A DNA stretch of 40,000 nt from Synechococcus sp. CBW1108 (GCF_015840335.1 NZ_CP060395.1:1609277-1649276), one strand, 5' to 3'. Numbered from the stretch's first letter, positions 1 to 9,335 are shown. Made by a program: numbers and translations. Notes: generated by a model from the letters alone, not told the origin.

Positions 1-2
1 GC

Positions 3-365
3 CGCACCGGCCACCCCAGGGAAGACCTTGAGCAGCTGGCGGCGATCGGTCTGATCAAGGCCTCGCGCCGCTACGACATGCATCGCCCCGGCCGCAGCCC
101 TAACCACTTCATCGCCTACGCCCGGCCGTATGTGAACGGCGAGATCACCCACTACCTGCGCGATAAGGGCTTTGCGCTCACCGTGCCGGGCCGCTGGCGG
201 GAACTGCATGCGCGGGGGCAGAAGTTGCTGCGTGAGGGCCAGTCGCTGGAGCTGATGCTGCAACGGCTGGGGATCACGCCGGAGCGCTGGCGGGAGATCG
301 TTCAGGCCTGCAGCGTGCGGGTGGTGGCGATGGCAGTGCGTGAGGCGGATCCAGAGCTGGAGTGA
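3..365 (+). CDS. sigma-70 family sigma factor, 5'-partial (runs off the window start), ending just after region 3 with no region 4; possibly truncated
   Basis: Frame 3 from nt 3 reads EDLEQLAAIGLIKASRRYD...FIAYARPYVNGEITHYLRD (region 2-like), then TVPGRWRELHARGQKL and LGITPERWREIV (region 3-like). Stop at 363-365. Paralogous to 11736..12332, which continues into a region-4 HTH that this ORF lacks. Confidence 0.65.
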   Translation, partial: RTGHPREDLEQLAAIGLIKASRRYDMHRPGRSPNHFIAYARPYVNGEITHYLRDKGFALTVPGRWRELHARGQKLLREGQSLELMLQRLGITPERWREIVQACSVRVVAMAVREADPELE

Positions 366-386
366 GCAGCTCTGCAACAGCACGCC

Positions 387-920
387 TCAGTGCTCAGGGA
401 ACGCGGCGGCGGCGATGTCCGTGAGGTCGTCGTGATACCCCCAGCCGATTCCTGAGGACGAGCGCACGACCTCGGCCAGCCGCTCCCTGAAGGGCTCCTG
501 CAAGACGACGGGCAGGCTGACGATCGCCTCGACGGCGCGGCGGGCCATGGCCACCAAGGCGCTGTAGAAGCCTGCATCGATGTCGCCGTACTCCACGGTG
601 AAGGCATTGCCCTGCTCCAGGAAGAACAGCATCAGTTCGGCATGGGCCGCTGGATCGGCAACCGCCTTGCAGAAATCGGCAACGACCTTTTTCGCCTTGG
701 CGACCTGCAGCGGGCGATCGCGCTGCACATCCGGATACAGACATTCAGTGACGATCGCCTTGCACTCCTCCATCGCGCCTTCTGCATCCGCGAAGCGGGC
801 ATGGAGGAAGACTTGATTGTCCTTGGAGAGTCGGTAAAGCTCGCCGATCAAACTGAGCAGCTCTCTCTGGCTCAGCTCGGAAGCAGCAGATTTAACGGTT
901 GACCACGTTGGCTTGGGCAT
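387..920 (-). CDS. hypothetical protein (177 aa)
   Basis: ATG-initiated ORF with GC-rich third positions and a sensible helical amino-acid composition. Convergent with the sigma gene. No motif recognised. Confidence 0.55.
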   Translation of the reverse strand: MPKPTWSTVKSAASELSQRELLSLIGELYRLSKDNQVFLHARFADAEGAMEECKAIVTECLYPDVQRDRPLQVAKAKKVVADFCKAVADPAAHAELMLFFLEQGNAFTVEYGDIDAGFYSALVAMARRAVEAIVSLPVVLQEPFRERLAEVVRSSSGIGWGYHDDLTDIAAAAFPEH

Positions 921-1046
921 TCTGAATGCCAGTTGAGGAGATGGGAATAACGTGTTAGCTCACCGGTTTTCGGCGAATTCTGAGGATCAAATACCACAGG
1001 CAGTTCAAGCCGAAAATCCGGTGCAGCTGGTTGTTATGCCTCAATG

Positions 1047-1871
1047 CTATGCAGGTGGCTTTCGTCCTACGGCTATATACGCAGTAAGTGCACAGGTAAA
1101 GCCGCCGCCTTTCGTAAGCTCAACCAACTCGGAAATCCACGCGGCCCCTTCTTCTTCGGAAATCATATTGTTGCCGACTGCGCGCCGAAGAGTCTGACGG
1201 AGATTATATACTTTATCAGCAATATCGAACTCGCAAATAATCGAATTGCTGGGATAGATAACTACTTCAGCCAGACCTGCTTGGACAAAATAGGGCCTTA
1301 GATAGCGTCCAATCCAGGGACTCGTGAACGAACTAGTCCAAAGATCTTGGACAATCCGAGTAACTTCAACATTGCCGGAGTTGATAGAAAAAGTCCCCCA
1401 ATCATTGTCATAGGCAACGATGAGGCCACCGGGCTTTAACGCACGTACCATTTCCGATATAGAAACCGTTGGTTCAGAAATATGCTGCAGTACCCGATCG
1501 ATCCTGCATCGATCAAATGCTGAATCCCCAAACGGAAGCGCTTTAGCATCACATTGGCGAAACTCCAAAAGGCCGCTAGGTAAATCATCACGAGCAGTTG
1601 CTCGTTCGATCATTGATGCGCTCGCGTCGACACCAACTATCCGACCATTCGGCGAGACGAGCTCGGCCATACGAACCACATCATCGCCAACACCACATCC
1701 AACATCTAGTACGGAGGTGCCATTGGAAAGGTTGAGTAATTCATAGGTGTGCTGCTTGTATTCTCGAAAATAGGGCAGGGAATCAAGAAGGACGAGACAA
1801 TCGGAAAAAGCGTCAGTATTCGAAGAAGCGTCTACATCGGCAAATCCGGAGGCTAAATAGGTGTCATCCAT
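1047..1871 (-). CDS. class I SAM-dependent methyltransferase
   Basis: Motif I VLDVGCGVGDD, post-I VGVDAS and LKPGGLIV. Start chosen at the internal ATG (cat at 1869-1871), where AT-rich composition begins. The ORF-track start at 2090 lies in GC-rich DNA and is probably not translated. Confidence 0.8.
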   Translation of the reverse strand: MDDTYLASGFADVDASSNTDAFSDCLVLLDSLPYFREYKQHTYELLNLSNGTSVLDVGCGVGDDVVRMAELVSPNGRIVGVDASASMIERATARDDLPSGLLEFRQCDAKALPFGDSAFDRCRIDRVLQHISEPTVSISEMVRALKPGGLIVAYDNDWGTFSINSGNVEVTRIVQDLWTSSFTSPWIGRYLRPYFVQAGLAEVVIYPSNSIICEFDIADKVYNLRQTLRRAVGNNMISEEEGAAWISELVELTKGGGFTCALTAYIAVGRKPPA

Positions 1872-2154
1872 GAGAAGAAGAATACGTTCAGAGGCATAAC
1901 TTGATTTTCGATGGTTCCGAGAACCCCATCGGCACGCCGATTGTTGTCCGATAACCAACCGCAGGGTGACAATCAAGGGATCATCGCGGGCTGTGATAGC
2001 AGTGGCTTTGTGTCGACCTTCGTCAACCGTACGTGTGGTTCGCGGGTCTGAGAACCATCCAGCACCAAGGTCTTGGCTCAGCTGCGCCATGCCTTCCAGC
2101 TCGGGGACTGCGGTACAGCGCAGGGGAGCACCGGCAATAGCCAGCAGCCGCTGA

Positions 2155-3579
2155 TTGGGCTTGGCCCAGCTCCCCTCGGATTCATTCCCCTGGCCGCTGC
2201 ACCCCAGCCTGGCGGCGCTGCTGCCGCGGCTGGAGCTGGTGCAGGACTGCTGGCAGCTGCTGGCGGGGCGGCGGGAGCAGTACCTGCCGAGGGGTGAGCG
2301 GGAGCCGGAGGCGGCCTACCGCCGGCGGGTGGAGGCGGCGTTGCCATCGGGGTTCTTCCGGGATGCGCTGCGCACCTTTGCGGGGATGCTGGCTTCCAGC
2401 CACTGGCGAGAGCTGCCGGCGTCCCTGCAGGCGGTGATCAGCGATGTGGATGGTTGCGGCACCGACCTGGGGGTGTTCCTTGAGGCGGCTGATCTGCTGG
2501 TGCTACGGGACGGTGCTGCCTTGGTGGGGGTGATTTCGCCGGTGCACCACTGGCCGAGTGAGGGGGACCGTCAGCAGGCGTTGCGCAGCGGTGATCGGCT
2601 GTCGTTGCCGCGGTTGCTGTTGCTGGAGCGCCGCAACGTGTTGCACTGGCACCTGCCCGGTAATCATGCGCTGCCAGATGCGATCACCTGGCGCGAGCGC
2701 CGGGTCGATGGCCTGCCCGCAGATGCAGAGCGCGCAGCAGGGCAAGAGCCCCCTCTCCACCCCTGGACCTACCTGACGGCCGCACTGGCGGCGGACGGTC
2801 CCGGGGGACCGGGTATGGACCTCACCACCGAGGCACTGGTGGCGGATCCCCAGGCCCCCAGCGGCTGGCGGCGGCAGCGCCTCGATCATCGCCACTACCG
2901 CGGCATCCGCCAGCTGCCGGCCATCTGGTACGCCAGCCATGGCACTGCCTTTGGAGAGGGGGAGCTGCCGCACCTGGGTCTGGCGCACCAGTACCTCAAC
3001 CACTTCCGCTGCCAGAGCGATTACCAGGAGCTGCTGTATCGCACGGCCCTGCCGGTGGGGGTGCGCACCGGGGTGGCCGGCCCGATGGGCAGCAGTGCCA
3101 CCTCAGAGCCGGTGGTGCTGGGTCCGAACACGGTGCTCGATCTGCCGGAGGGTGCCAGCTTCCAGTTCGTGGAGATCCAGGCCCGCTCCCTGGCGGAGCA
3201 CCGCGCCTGGCTGGAATCGCTCGATCAGGGCATGCGCCGCGATGCCCTGATCCCCGCGGCGGCCCAGGGGGCGCCGCGCACAGCCACCGAGATCTCGATG
3301 GCGGCGTCCCAGGCCTATGCGCTGCTGCAGAGCCAGGCGATTCAGAAGGCCTCGATGTTCTCCTCCCTTCTGCAGCACTGGTGCGCGATCACCGGTGAAC
3401 CGCTTCCTGTGCAGGAGGGCCCTGCACTGCTGGTGGAGATCAGCCCGCTGGCACCAGCCCCCAAACCGCAGCCCACGGTGACGGAAATGCTGCAGCTGTA
3501 TGAGCGGGGGATCGTGAGCGATGGGGCCCTGCGGCAATGGCTGGGGGATCTGGCCGGCATCGCACCGGCTTCTGCATGA
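2155..3579 (+). CDS. phage portal-like protein (DUF4055-type pattern)
   Basis: N-terminal pattern YLPRGEREPEAAYRRRVEAA...FRDALRTFAGML...DVDGCGTDLGVFL...LLVLRDGAALVGV resembles DUF4055 portal proteins. About 470 aa and first gene of the head cluster. TTG start at 2155, directly after an in-frame stop, so the start is uncertain. Confidence 0.55.
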   Translation: MGLAQLPSDSFPWPLHPSLAALLPRLELVQDCWQLLAGRREQYLPRGEREPEAAYRRRVEAALPSGFFRDALRTFAGMLASSHWRELPASLQAVISDVDGCGTDLGVFLEAADLLVLRDGAALVGVISPVHHWPSEGDRQQALRSGDRLSLPRLLLLERRNVLHWHLPGNHALPDAITWRERRVDGLPADAERAAGQEPPLHPWTYLTAALAADGPGGPGMDLTTEALVADPQAPSGWRRQRLDHRHYRGIRQLPAIWYASHGTAFGEGELPHLGLAHQYLNHFRCQSDYQELLYRTALPVGVRTGVAGPMGSSATSEPVVLGPNTVLDLPEGASFQFVEIQARSLAEHRAWLESLDQGMRRDALIPAAAQGAPRTATEISMAASQAYALLQSQAIQKASMFSSLLQHWCAITGEPLPVQEGPALLVEISPLAPAPKPQPTVTEMLQLYERGIVSDGALRQWLGDLAGIAPASA

Positions 3580-4067
3580 CCAGCTGGCAACCGAGCGACC
3601 CCGAGGCGATCCGGCTGCTGCTGGCGCTGCCGGCGACGGTGCCCTGCCTGGCGGCGATCGGTCGAGCGATGGCGGATCTGGAGCGGCATCACCCCACCGG
3701 CGTGCTGAGCGTCCGGGCGCTGCTCGATGCGGCGGCGCTGATCGATCAGCAGCTGCTGGCCGGTGGAGTGGAACAGGAGCAGGCGATCGAGCGGCAGAGC
3801 CTCTCGGGGCCGATCGCCGGCTCGGTGGCGGCCGCCGGTGATGCGCCGCTGCAGAAGGCGGATGTAATCGCCTACGACACGGCGCTGCTGCGCCAGGAGA
3901 GCGAGACCGTCTACGCCAATCCCTGCTCCAACGCCTCAGCGCTGCTGAGCCAGCGGCGGCGCTACGGCGACCAGCTGCTGCTCCTGCTGCCGGGGCTGGC
4001 CAGCTGGGTGGCGTTCACCACTGCTGCTGCAGGTTCGATGGGGACAACGGCCCTGCTGCGGAGCTGA
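3576..4067 (+). CDS. hypothetical protein (163 aa), head-cluster gene
   Basis: ATG at 3576 overlaps the portal stop (ATGA). Strong GC3 bias. Confidence 0.5.
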   Translation: MTSWQPSDPEAIRLLLALPATVPCLAAIGRAMADLERHHPTGVLSVRALLDAAALIDQQLLAGGVEQEQAIERQSLSGPIAGSVAAAGDAPLQKADVIAYDTALLRQESETVYANPCSNASALLSQRRRYGDQLLLLLPGLASWVAFTTAAAGSMGTTALLRS

Positions 4068-4070
4068 ACG

Positions 4071-4718
4071 ATGGCCGCCTCGCGCCCTGGACCGATCGTC
4101 AGCCCGCGGCGCTTCTCCAGCGGCCAGCACCAGCGCAACACCGCGGCCTGGGGCGCCACCCCCCTGCAGCCCTTGGCCAATGCCCGCCTGCTGCTGGCTG
4201 AAAATGCCATCCCCGGCGACACCACCTCGGCGGTGGTGGCCAGCCACGTGCTCGAGTGTTTTCTGGAGCGGGCCAACTACATCTCGGCCAAGGAGAACGG
4301 CCCTGGGGTGGAGACCGGTGACTTCACCTACAACGGCTATCTGACCCGCGCCGCCCGGCTGCCGCCGAATCCAGGGGCGATCTGGCTGAGCAGCGAGCTG
4401 GCGTGGCAGCAGCACGGCCGGCGGGTGGCCGCAGATGGCAGCACCCTGGTGGCTCCCTGCGAGGGACTCATCTGGCTGGGGGATCTGGCCCTGCTCAACC
4501 CCGCCGGCGATGCCGCCGTGGACCCCTACGCGCAGCACACCGCCTTTGTGGTGCTGGAGTTCGGCGCCAACTACGGCTCCGGCGGCATCGGTGCGTTGGT
4601 GCAGCCGCTGATCGGTGAGCGGGTGTTCGGCACGCTCAAGCCGAACCGGCTGCCAGCAGCAGCTCGATCCGCTCCCGCTGACCGAGGTGGCCACGGCGGA
4701 TCGGCTGCGGCAGGTTGA
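4071..4718 (+). CDS. hypothetical protein (215 aa), head-cluster gene
   Basis: ATG 3 nt after the previous stop. Co-oriented, with coding-like GC3. Confidence 0.5.
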   Translation: MAASRPGPIVSPRRFSSGQHQRNTAAWGATPLQPLANARLLLAENAIPGDTTSAVVASHVLECFLERANYISAKENGPGVETGDFTYNGYLTRAARLPPNPGAIWLSSELAWQQHGRRVAADGSTLVAPCEGLIWLGDLALLNPAGDAAVDPYAQHTAFVVLEFGANYGSGGIGALVQPLIGERVFGTLKPNRLPAAARSAPADRGGHGGSAAAG

Positions 4719-4762
4719 TGCCGGAGCGGTCTGCAGGACCTTTGACCGCCCGCAGCTTTTCC

Positions 4763-5041
4763 ATGACAACAGAAGATCGACGCAGAAGCCGGATGGCCGT
4801 TGATGCCGTCCGGGAGCACGACCAACACCTGGCCTCTGTTCTGCTGCAGCTCTACCGGTTGCAGGAGCAGACCTACCGCCATTGCCCGCAATACCGGCAG
4901 ATGGTGGATCGCTATCCCGTTCTCAGGCGCTCGATCGCCCACTGCCGGGCGGGGGAGGTGGTTGCTGATCCGCCTGCCGGGCAGCCGCTCAGGCGGCAGG
5001 CGACCCCGCTGCAATGGGACCGCAGCCACGGCGAGGGATGA
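4763..5041 (+). CDS. hypothetical small protein (92 aa)
   Basis: Internal ATG of the 4715..5041 ORF (MTTEDRRRSRMAVDAV...). Co-oriented, but competing overlapping frames exist. Confidence 0.35.
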   Translation: MTTEDRRRSRMAVDAVREHDQHLASVLLQLYRLQEQTYRHCPQYRQMVDRYPVLRRSIAHCRAGEVVADPPAGQPLRRQATPLQWDRSHGEG

Positions 5042-5125
5042 CGCGCAACTTGCTGCGCCTGCCTCGGCAACAGGGAATGGCAGCGCCGCGATGGGCTGCC
5101 GATCCACTGACAGCCGAGACGGGTC

Positions 5126-6001
5126 ATGGCCAACGGAACCACCCCTAGCAGCAGCAGCAGCACTGCCGCCAGCGCCACGGGCAGCAGCAGCACCAGCAGC
5201 AGCGATCTCCTCGATGCCCAGGCCGCGGACGCTGCTGAGCAGCCCCTCAGCAGCGATGGGGCCACGACCACCACGGCGGCTGATCGCCCTGCTGCCGAGG
5301 CGGAGGCCGGCAACGGCCAGGGCAGCGACGGCCTCAGCGAGGCCCTCAAGGCCGAACGCCGCCGCAGCAACAACTTGGAAAAAGAGCTGCGCGGCCTGCG
5401 GCAGCAGCTGACCCGCTTCTCGGAGATCAACCCGGAGGAGTACGCCCGCCTGCAGGAGGCCGAACGGCAGAAGCAGCTGCTGGAGCAGCAGGTGGAGCTG
5501 CGCGAGCGGCAGATGGAGGAGGCCTCCGCCCGGAAGGTGGCGGCCGTGGCCGCTGAGCGGGACGGCGCCCAGGCCCAGGTGCTGGCGTTGCGCAAGGAGC
5601 GGCTGCTGGAGCGCGCCTTCTCAGAAGCCGAGGGCCGCACCGGCGGCGATGGGCGCGGCACCTTCTTTGATGTGTTCAAGGGTCAGCTGGGGGAGAGCTT
5701 TCGGCTCAGCACCGGCAAGGACGGCAGCGATCTGCTCGAACCGCTCGATGGCCAGGGGCAGCCGCTGCTGGGGGATGACGGCCGGCCGATGACCACCGCG
5801 GAGTTCCTCGATCAGCTGCGGCTGCATCCGGTGTATGGCTTCCTGTTCCAGCAGCGCGGGGCGATGGGCAGTGCCAATGGGATGGGCGCTGCAGCGGCAC
5901 CAGCCGGTGGCTTTGGCGAAGTGCTCAACCCCCACAGCATGAGCGCCAGTGAGCTGTACCGAGCTGGCTTTGTGGGCGCCGGCCGGAGCTCCCGCCGTTG
6001 A
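5126..6001 (+). CDS. scaffolding-like coiled-coil protein
   Basis: Ser/Thr/Ala-rich N-terminus, then a long charged heptad-like region (AERRRSNNLEKELRGLRQQL...QKQLLEQQVELRERQMEEA). Located between the portal and capsid genes. Confidence 0.5.
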   Translation: MANGTTPSSSSSTAASATGSSSTSSSDLLDAQAADAAEQPLSSDGATTTTAADRPAAEAEAGNGQGSDGLSEALKAERRRSNNLEKELRGLRQQLTRFSEINPEEYARLQEAERQKQLLEQQVELRERQMEEASARKVAAVAAERDGAQAQVLALRKERLLERAFSEAEGRTGGDGRGTFFDVFKGQLGESFRLSTGKDGSDLLEPLDGQGQPLLGDDGRPMTTAEFLDQLRLHPVYGFLFQQRGAMGSANGMGAAAAPAGGFGEVLNPHSMSASELYRAGFVGAGRSSRR

Positions 6002-6006
6002 CCTCG

Positions 6007-6291
6007 ATGGCGAGCTGGCGGTACTACCTGGCCTTCTGGAGCCGTCGCTCCACCGCCACCGTGGTGCCGGCCGGCAGCACCAGCCAGGCCCGCCGCTGCG
6101 CGCAGGCTCATCACAAGGCCGGCTACGGCACGCTGGTGTCGGTGCAGCAGGCCTCGGCGGCTGATCGCCAGCTGATCCGCCAAGGCGTGTGGGTGCGCCG
6201 CCGCCGGGATGGATCCAGCCCTCAGTTCGGCACCACGGCTGAGCGCGCCGCCGCCAGACGGCAGCGCAGCCGCTACCGCAGCTGGCTTTGA
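6007..6291 (+). CDS. hypothetical basic small protein (94 aa)
   Basis: ATG at 6007 (the ORF-track start at 5998 is TTG). High GC3. Followed by a strong hairpin. Confidence 0.35.
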   Translation: MASWRYYLAFWSRRSTATVVPAGSTSQARRCAQAHHKAGYGTLVSVQQASAADRQLIRQGVWVRRRRDGSSPQFGTTAERAAARRQRSRYRSWL

Positions 6292-6310
6292 GGCCCGGCA
6301 ACGCCGGGCC
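6292..6310. terminator. GC-rich hairpin between convergent ORFs (bidirectional terminator candidate)
   Basis: ggcccggc (6292-6299) pairs perfectly with gccgggcc (6303-6310) around a 3-nt loop. It lies between the stops of 6007..6291(+) and 6322..6537(-). Confidence 0.45.
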
Positions 6311-6321
6311 AGGCCGCCGCC

Positions 6322-6537
6322 TCAGAGCACCGAGACGGTGCCGAGGTGCTTGGCGGCCAGCTTGCGGGCCAGCTGATGGGCCAGCGCCGCGGGGATGTAG
6401 CGGGGCTTTTTGACGGGGCGACCGCGGCGGCCATAGAAGACCGTGAGCCGCTCGGTGCCAGCGACCTTGCAGCCAGCGGGATAGGTGTGCAGCACCAGCT
6501 GACGGATCGGGCAGGCCAGGGGAGCAGAGGAGGCCAT
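6322..6537 (-). CDS. hypothetical small protein (71 aa)
   Basis: ATG start and very high GC3 (hand-read codons). Basic C-terminal half. Confidence 0.4.
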   Translation of the reverse strand: MASSAPLACPIRQLVLHTYPAGCKVAGTERLTVFYGRRGRPVKKPRYIPAALAHQLARKLAAKHLGTVSVL

Positions 6538-6926
6538 GGGATGGAGGCGAGGAACACCCGCCCCATGCCCCGGACGACGCGGCCTGGCAAGGGTCGGCGT
6601 AGCCGACTCGCGTCAGCCCTTGCCAGGCCGTGGCGAGCAGGGCGTAGCCCTGCGCTCCGGGGCAGTGCTGGTGATTCCTCGCCGACCCCATGGCCGGGCG
6701 ACTGGCCAGACCGGGACCTGCTGCGCTGCGGCTGCCTGGGCAGCCTTGAGCCGGGCATCGATCTCTGCTCTGCGGGAACGGTGACGTCGTCATCGCCGTA
6801 GGGATAGTCGATGCAGTAGCGCGGGATGGGTTGGCTCTGGTGGCTGCCCGGTCCCGCCACTTGTCAGCTCGCAAGAGGGAGCCATCAGGGCCCCTGCTTT
6901 AGAGCAGAGGCCCTGGATGCGAGACC

Positions 6927-7124
6927 TCAGAAGGGCAGCTCGCTCTCGGGGATGGGGCTCACAACAACGGGATTGAGGAGCTGCCGATCGAACAGCAGAT
7001 CAGCGCAGAGCCGCTCCAGCCGATCGAGGGGAACCGGGCGATGGGCGGCGGCTTCCTCGCAGAGCAGCTCCAGGGTGCGGGAGCTGAGGGACTGGAAGAA
7101 GCGGAGGCGGGATGCGGTAGCCAC
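6927..7124 (-). CDS. hypothetical small protein (65 aa)
   Basis: ATG start, high GC3, same strand as the peptidase block. Confidence 0.35.
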   Translation of the reverse strand: MATASRLRFFQSLSSRTLELLCEEAAAHRPVPLDRLERLCADLLFDRQLLNPVVVSPIPESELPF

Positions 7125-7305
7125 AGCAGGCGCAGCGAAGACCCCGAAGCAGGCCGGGCGGGGTCAAGGGGCAGTCACCGCTGAAAGGCGGAGCGCAGCG
7201 CAGCCAACGCAGGCCAGCGGCTGCCTCGCGTCAGCCCTTGAGGCCGCCCGGACCATGAGGAGGGCTGCGCGTAGCCGATCCACTAAGGGCTGATGGTGCG
7301 GCTGT

Positions 7306-7560
7306 TCAGCGGTCTGGATCCTGGCGGCGTGTGGCGAGGCTGCTGCCGCCGAGCAGGGCCAGGGCGGTGCCGAGGGCCGTTTCAAACGTGCGCTGCAGGT
7401 GCTCGGCGTAGCGGCTGCAGGCCGGGCCATGCCGTTGCTGCAGGCCCAGCCAGAAGCAACCGCCCAGGCCGGCGGCATAGAGCGCGAACTGGGCGATGAA
7501 CACCCCCGCCACGGCCCGCAGCAGGAAGCGCTCGCGATCAAAGCCCGCTGGATTCGCCAT
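7306..7560 (-). CDS. small hydrophobic/membrane protein (84 aa), holin-like position
   Basis: Internal ATG (cat at 7558-7560) of ORF 7306..8040, giving MANPAGFDRERFLLRAVAGVFIAQFALYAAGLGGCFWLGL...TALGTALALLGG, with two hydrophobic stretches. Starts 23 nt downstream of the peptidase stop. Confidence 0.45.
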   Translation of the reverse strand: MANPAGFDRERFLLRAVAGVFIAQFALYAAGLGGCFWLGLQQRHGPACSRYAEHLQRTFETALGTALALLGGSSLATRRQDPDR

Positions 7561-7583
7561 GGCTGCCGGCTGTGCCCCTGGGC

Positions 7584-8330
7584 TCAAGGGCAGCAGGTGA
7601 GCAGCCAGCCGGTGCCGGGGCCGTCGGCTTCCCAGCGGGGCAGCCAGTTCGTCCAGCTGTAGTGCTGGCCGGCGCCATTGGTGTTGGCGGTGTAGCCGCC
7701 GTGCACCAGATCGGCCTCGCCGTTGGGGTCGTGGTGGATGGCGTGACTGGCGGAGAAGCCGATCACGACACTCCAGTGGCCGCCGCCGGTGGGAGCCGTG
7801 GCGGGGCCGTGATGCAACCAGCCGACGGCGACAGGACGGCCGGCCTGGATCTCGGCCTCCAGGACGGTGCGATCCCCGTTGGTAGCGAAGTTCGCCGTCA
7901 GCCCGAGGGAGCGCAGGGCCGCCAGCTGGGCCTCGGCGGAGGTGGTGTCGCCGTAGCGGGCGCGGATGAGGTTGTACGCGTCGTCGCTGCTGACCTTGCC
8001 CCAGTAGCGGGCGAGCATGGCGCAGCTGCTGGAGAAGCACTCGCGGTAGCCGGTACCGGAGGCGTTGTCGTTCTGGTTCTCCCAGATCACGGGCAGCGGA
8101 TTGGCATGAACCGCTGCGGGTGGCGGCGAGGAGAAGGTCTGCCGCCAGGGAGCCGCCTCAGTCAGAACCGCAGGGTCTGCCGCGATGACGGCCTGGCGCA
8201 GCTGCTCGATGCCGTCCAGCTGCTGGGGCTGAGCCTGCCAGTGGTCCCAGAACTGGCGCCAGCGCTCCGCGCTGAATGGCGCCTGGGCTGCAGGCGATGG
8301 CGGGGATTCAGAGGCGGCGGTGGCGGTCAT
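7584..8330 (-). CDS. papain-like cysteine peptidase, C39-like domain protein
   Basis: The C-terminal 248 aa of the 658-aa ORF, with ATG at cat 8328-8330. Candidate Cys/His/Asp triad: FSSSCAML, GGGHWSVVIG, HHDPNG. The upstream part of the long ORF is antisense to the capsid gene and was rejected. Confidence 0.6.
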   Translation of the reverse strand: MTATAASESPPSPAAQAPFSAERWRQFWDHWQAQPQQLDGIEQLRQAVIAADPAVLTEAAPWRQTFSSPPPAAVHANPLPVIWENQNDNASGTGYRECFSSSCAMLARYWGKVSSDDAYNLIRARYGDTTSAEAQLAALRSLGLTANFATNGDRTVLEAEIQAGRPVAVGWLHHGPATAPTGGGHWSVVIGFSASHAIHHDPNGEADLVHGGYTANTNGAGQHYSWTNWLPRWEADGPGTGWLLTCCP

Positions 8331-8411
8331 GGCAGCTGGGCAGTCCTCTGCTGTTGCCGCCTCGGCAATAGCCGGTGACCTGCATGGGGCCGGGCCCCAC
8401 CTCTCCCTGTC

Positions 8412-9335
8412 ATGGGCCTCACCCTGATCGAGGCGGCCAAGTACGAAACCCGCCTGGAGCACCTCGCTGTGCTCAAGACCTTTGCGGAGGGTGAACTGCT
8501 GGCACGGCTGCCGTTTCTGAACATCAACGGCAGCGGTCTTTTTTATGCCGCCGAGCAGGAGCTGCCCTCGGTGGGGTTCCGGGCGGTGAACGAGGGCTAC
8601 AGCCAGAGCTACGGCGTGATCGACCAGCGGGCTGAGGCGGTGCACCTCTTTGGTGGGGATGTGGATGTGGACCGCTCGATCGTGGATCTGATGGGTCCGG
8701 AGGCCCGGGCCAGCCAGATCGAAATGAAGATCCGCTCGATGCGCCTCACCCTGGAGGCGACGATCGTGAATGGTGATGCCAGTGCCGATGCGCGGGCGTT
8801 TGATGGCCTGGCCCGGCGGCTGCCGGCAGGCGATGGGATGGCGATTGACAACGGCAACCAGCCGCTGGGCTTTGACCTGCTCGATGAACTGATCGATGCG
8901 GTGGACGGCATGGGCCGGCCCAAGGTGCTGCTGATGGGCCGTGCGATGCGTCGCCAGCTCAATGCCCTGGCGCGCAGCAGCAACTGCTGCTCCTACGTGG
9001 CGGAAACCAACGCCCTGGGGATGACGGTGCATCGCTACCAGGACTGCGAGATCCTGACGGTCGATCGCGACGCCCAGGGCCGTGAGGTGCTGGGCTATGG
9101 CGAGGCGGGCGGCAGCAGCTCGATCTACTGCCTGGCGCTGGGCGATCAGGGGGTGACCGGCCTGCAGGGACCGTTCCAGGGGCGCTATGGGATCTCGGTG
9201 CGGGATCTGGGGGAGGTGCCGGATGCCCCGGTGTTCCGCACGCGGGTGGATTGGTACGTGGGCTTTGCGGTGCTGCATCCGCGCGCGGCGGGGCGGCTGC
9301 ATGGGATCACGCCACCGCTGATCGCAACGCCCTGA
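8412..9335 (+). CDS. phage major capsid protein (HK97-fold type)
   Basis: N-terminus MGLTLIEAAKYE...LARLPFLNINGSGLFYAAEQELPSVGFRAVNEGY...LFGGDVDVDRSIV...IEMKIRSM...IVNGDASADARAFDGLARRL follows the conserved pattern of this capsid family. 307 aa. Confidence 0.7.
   Translation: MGLTLIEAAKYETRLEHLAVLKTFAEGELLARLPFLNINGSGLFYAAEQELPSVGFRAVNEGYSQSYGVIDQRAEAVHLFGGDVDVDRSIVDLMGPEARASQIEMKIRSMRLTLEATIVNGDASADARAFDGLARRLPAGDGMAIDNGNQPLGFDLLDELIDAVDGMGRPKVLLMGRAMRRQLNALARSSNCCSYVAETNALGMTVHRYQDCEILTVDRDAQGREVLGYGEAGGSSSIYCLALGDQGVTGLQGPFQGRYGISVRDLGEVPDAPVFRTRVDWYVGFAVLHPRAAGRLHGITPPLIATP

Noticed and set aside
5135-5215. An (AGC)n-rich stretch at the 5' end of the scaffold-like gene, considered as a tandem repeat or contingency locus.
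   Set aside because: It is an imperfect codon-level Ser/Thr/Ala low-complexity region, which is common in scaffold-like and linker regions. It is not a clean microsatellite.
5621-6874. A 417-aa minus-strand ORF, and similar long ORFs in alternative or antisense frames (3936..4769-, 4912..5679-, 7572..8378+, 36026..37234+, 36802..37944+, 38540..39157-).
   Set aside because: Their Arg/Pro/Gly/Ala-rich low-complexity translations are typical of stop-codon-poor frames in about 70% GC DNA. They overlap better-supported genes with real motifs.
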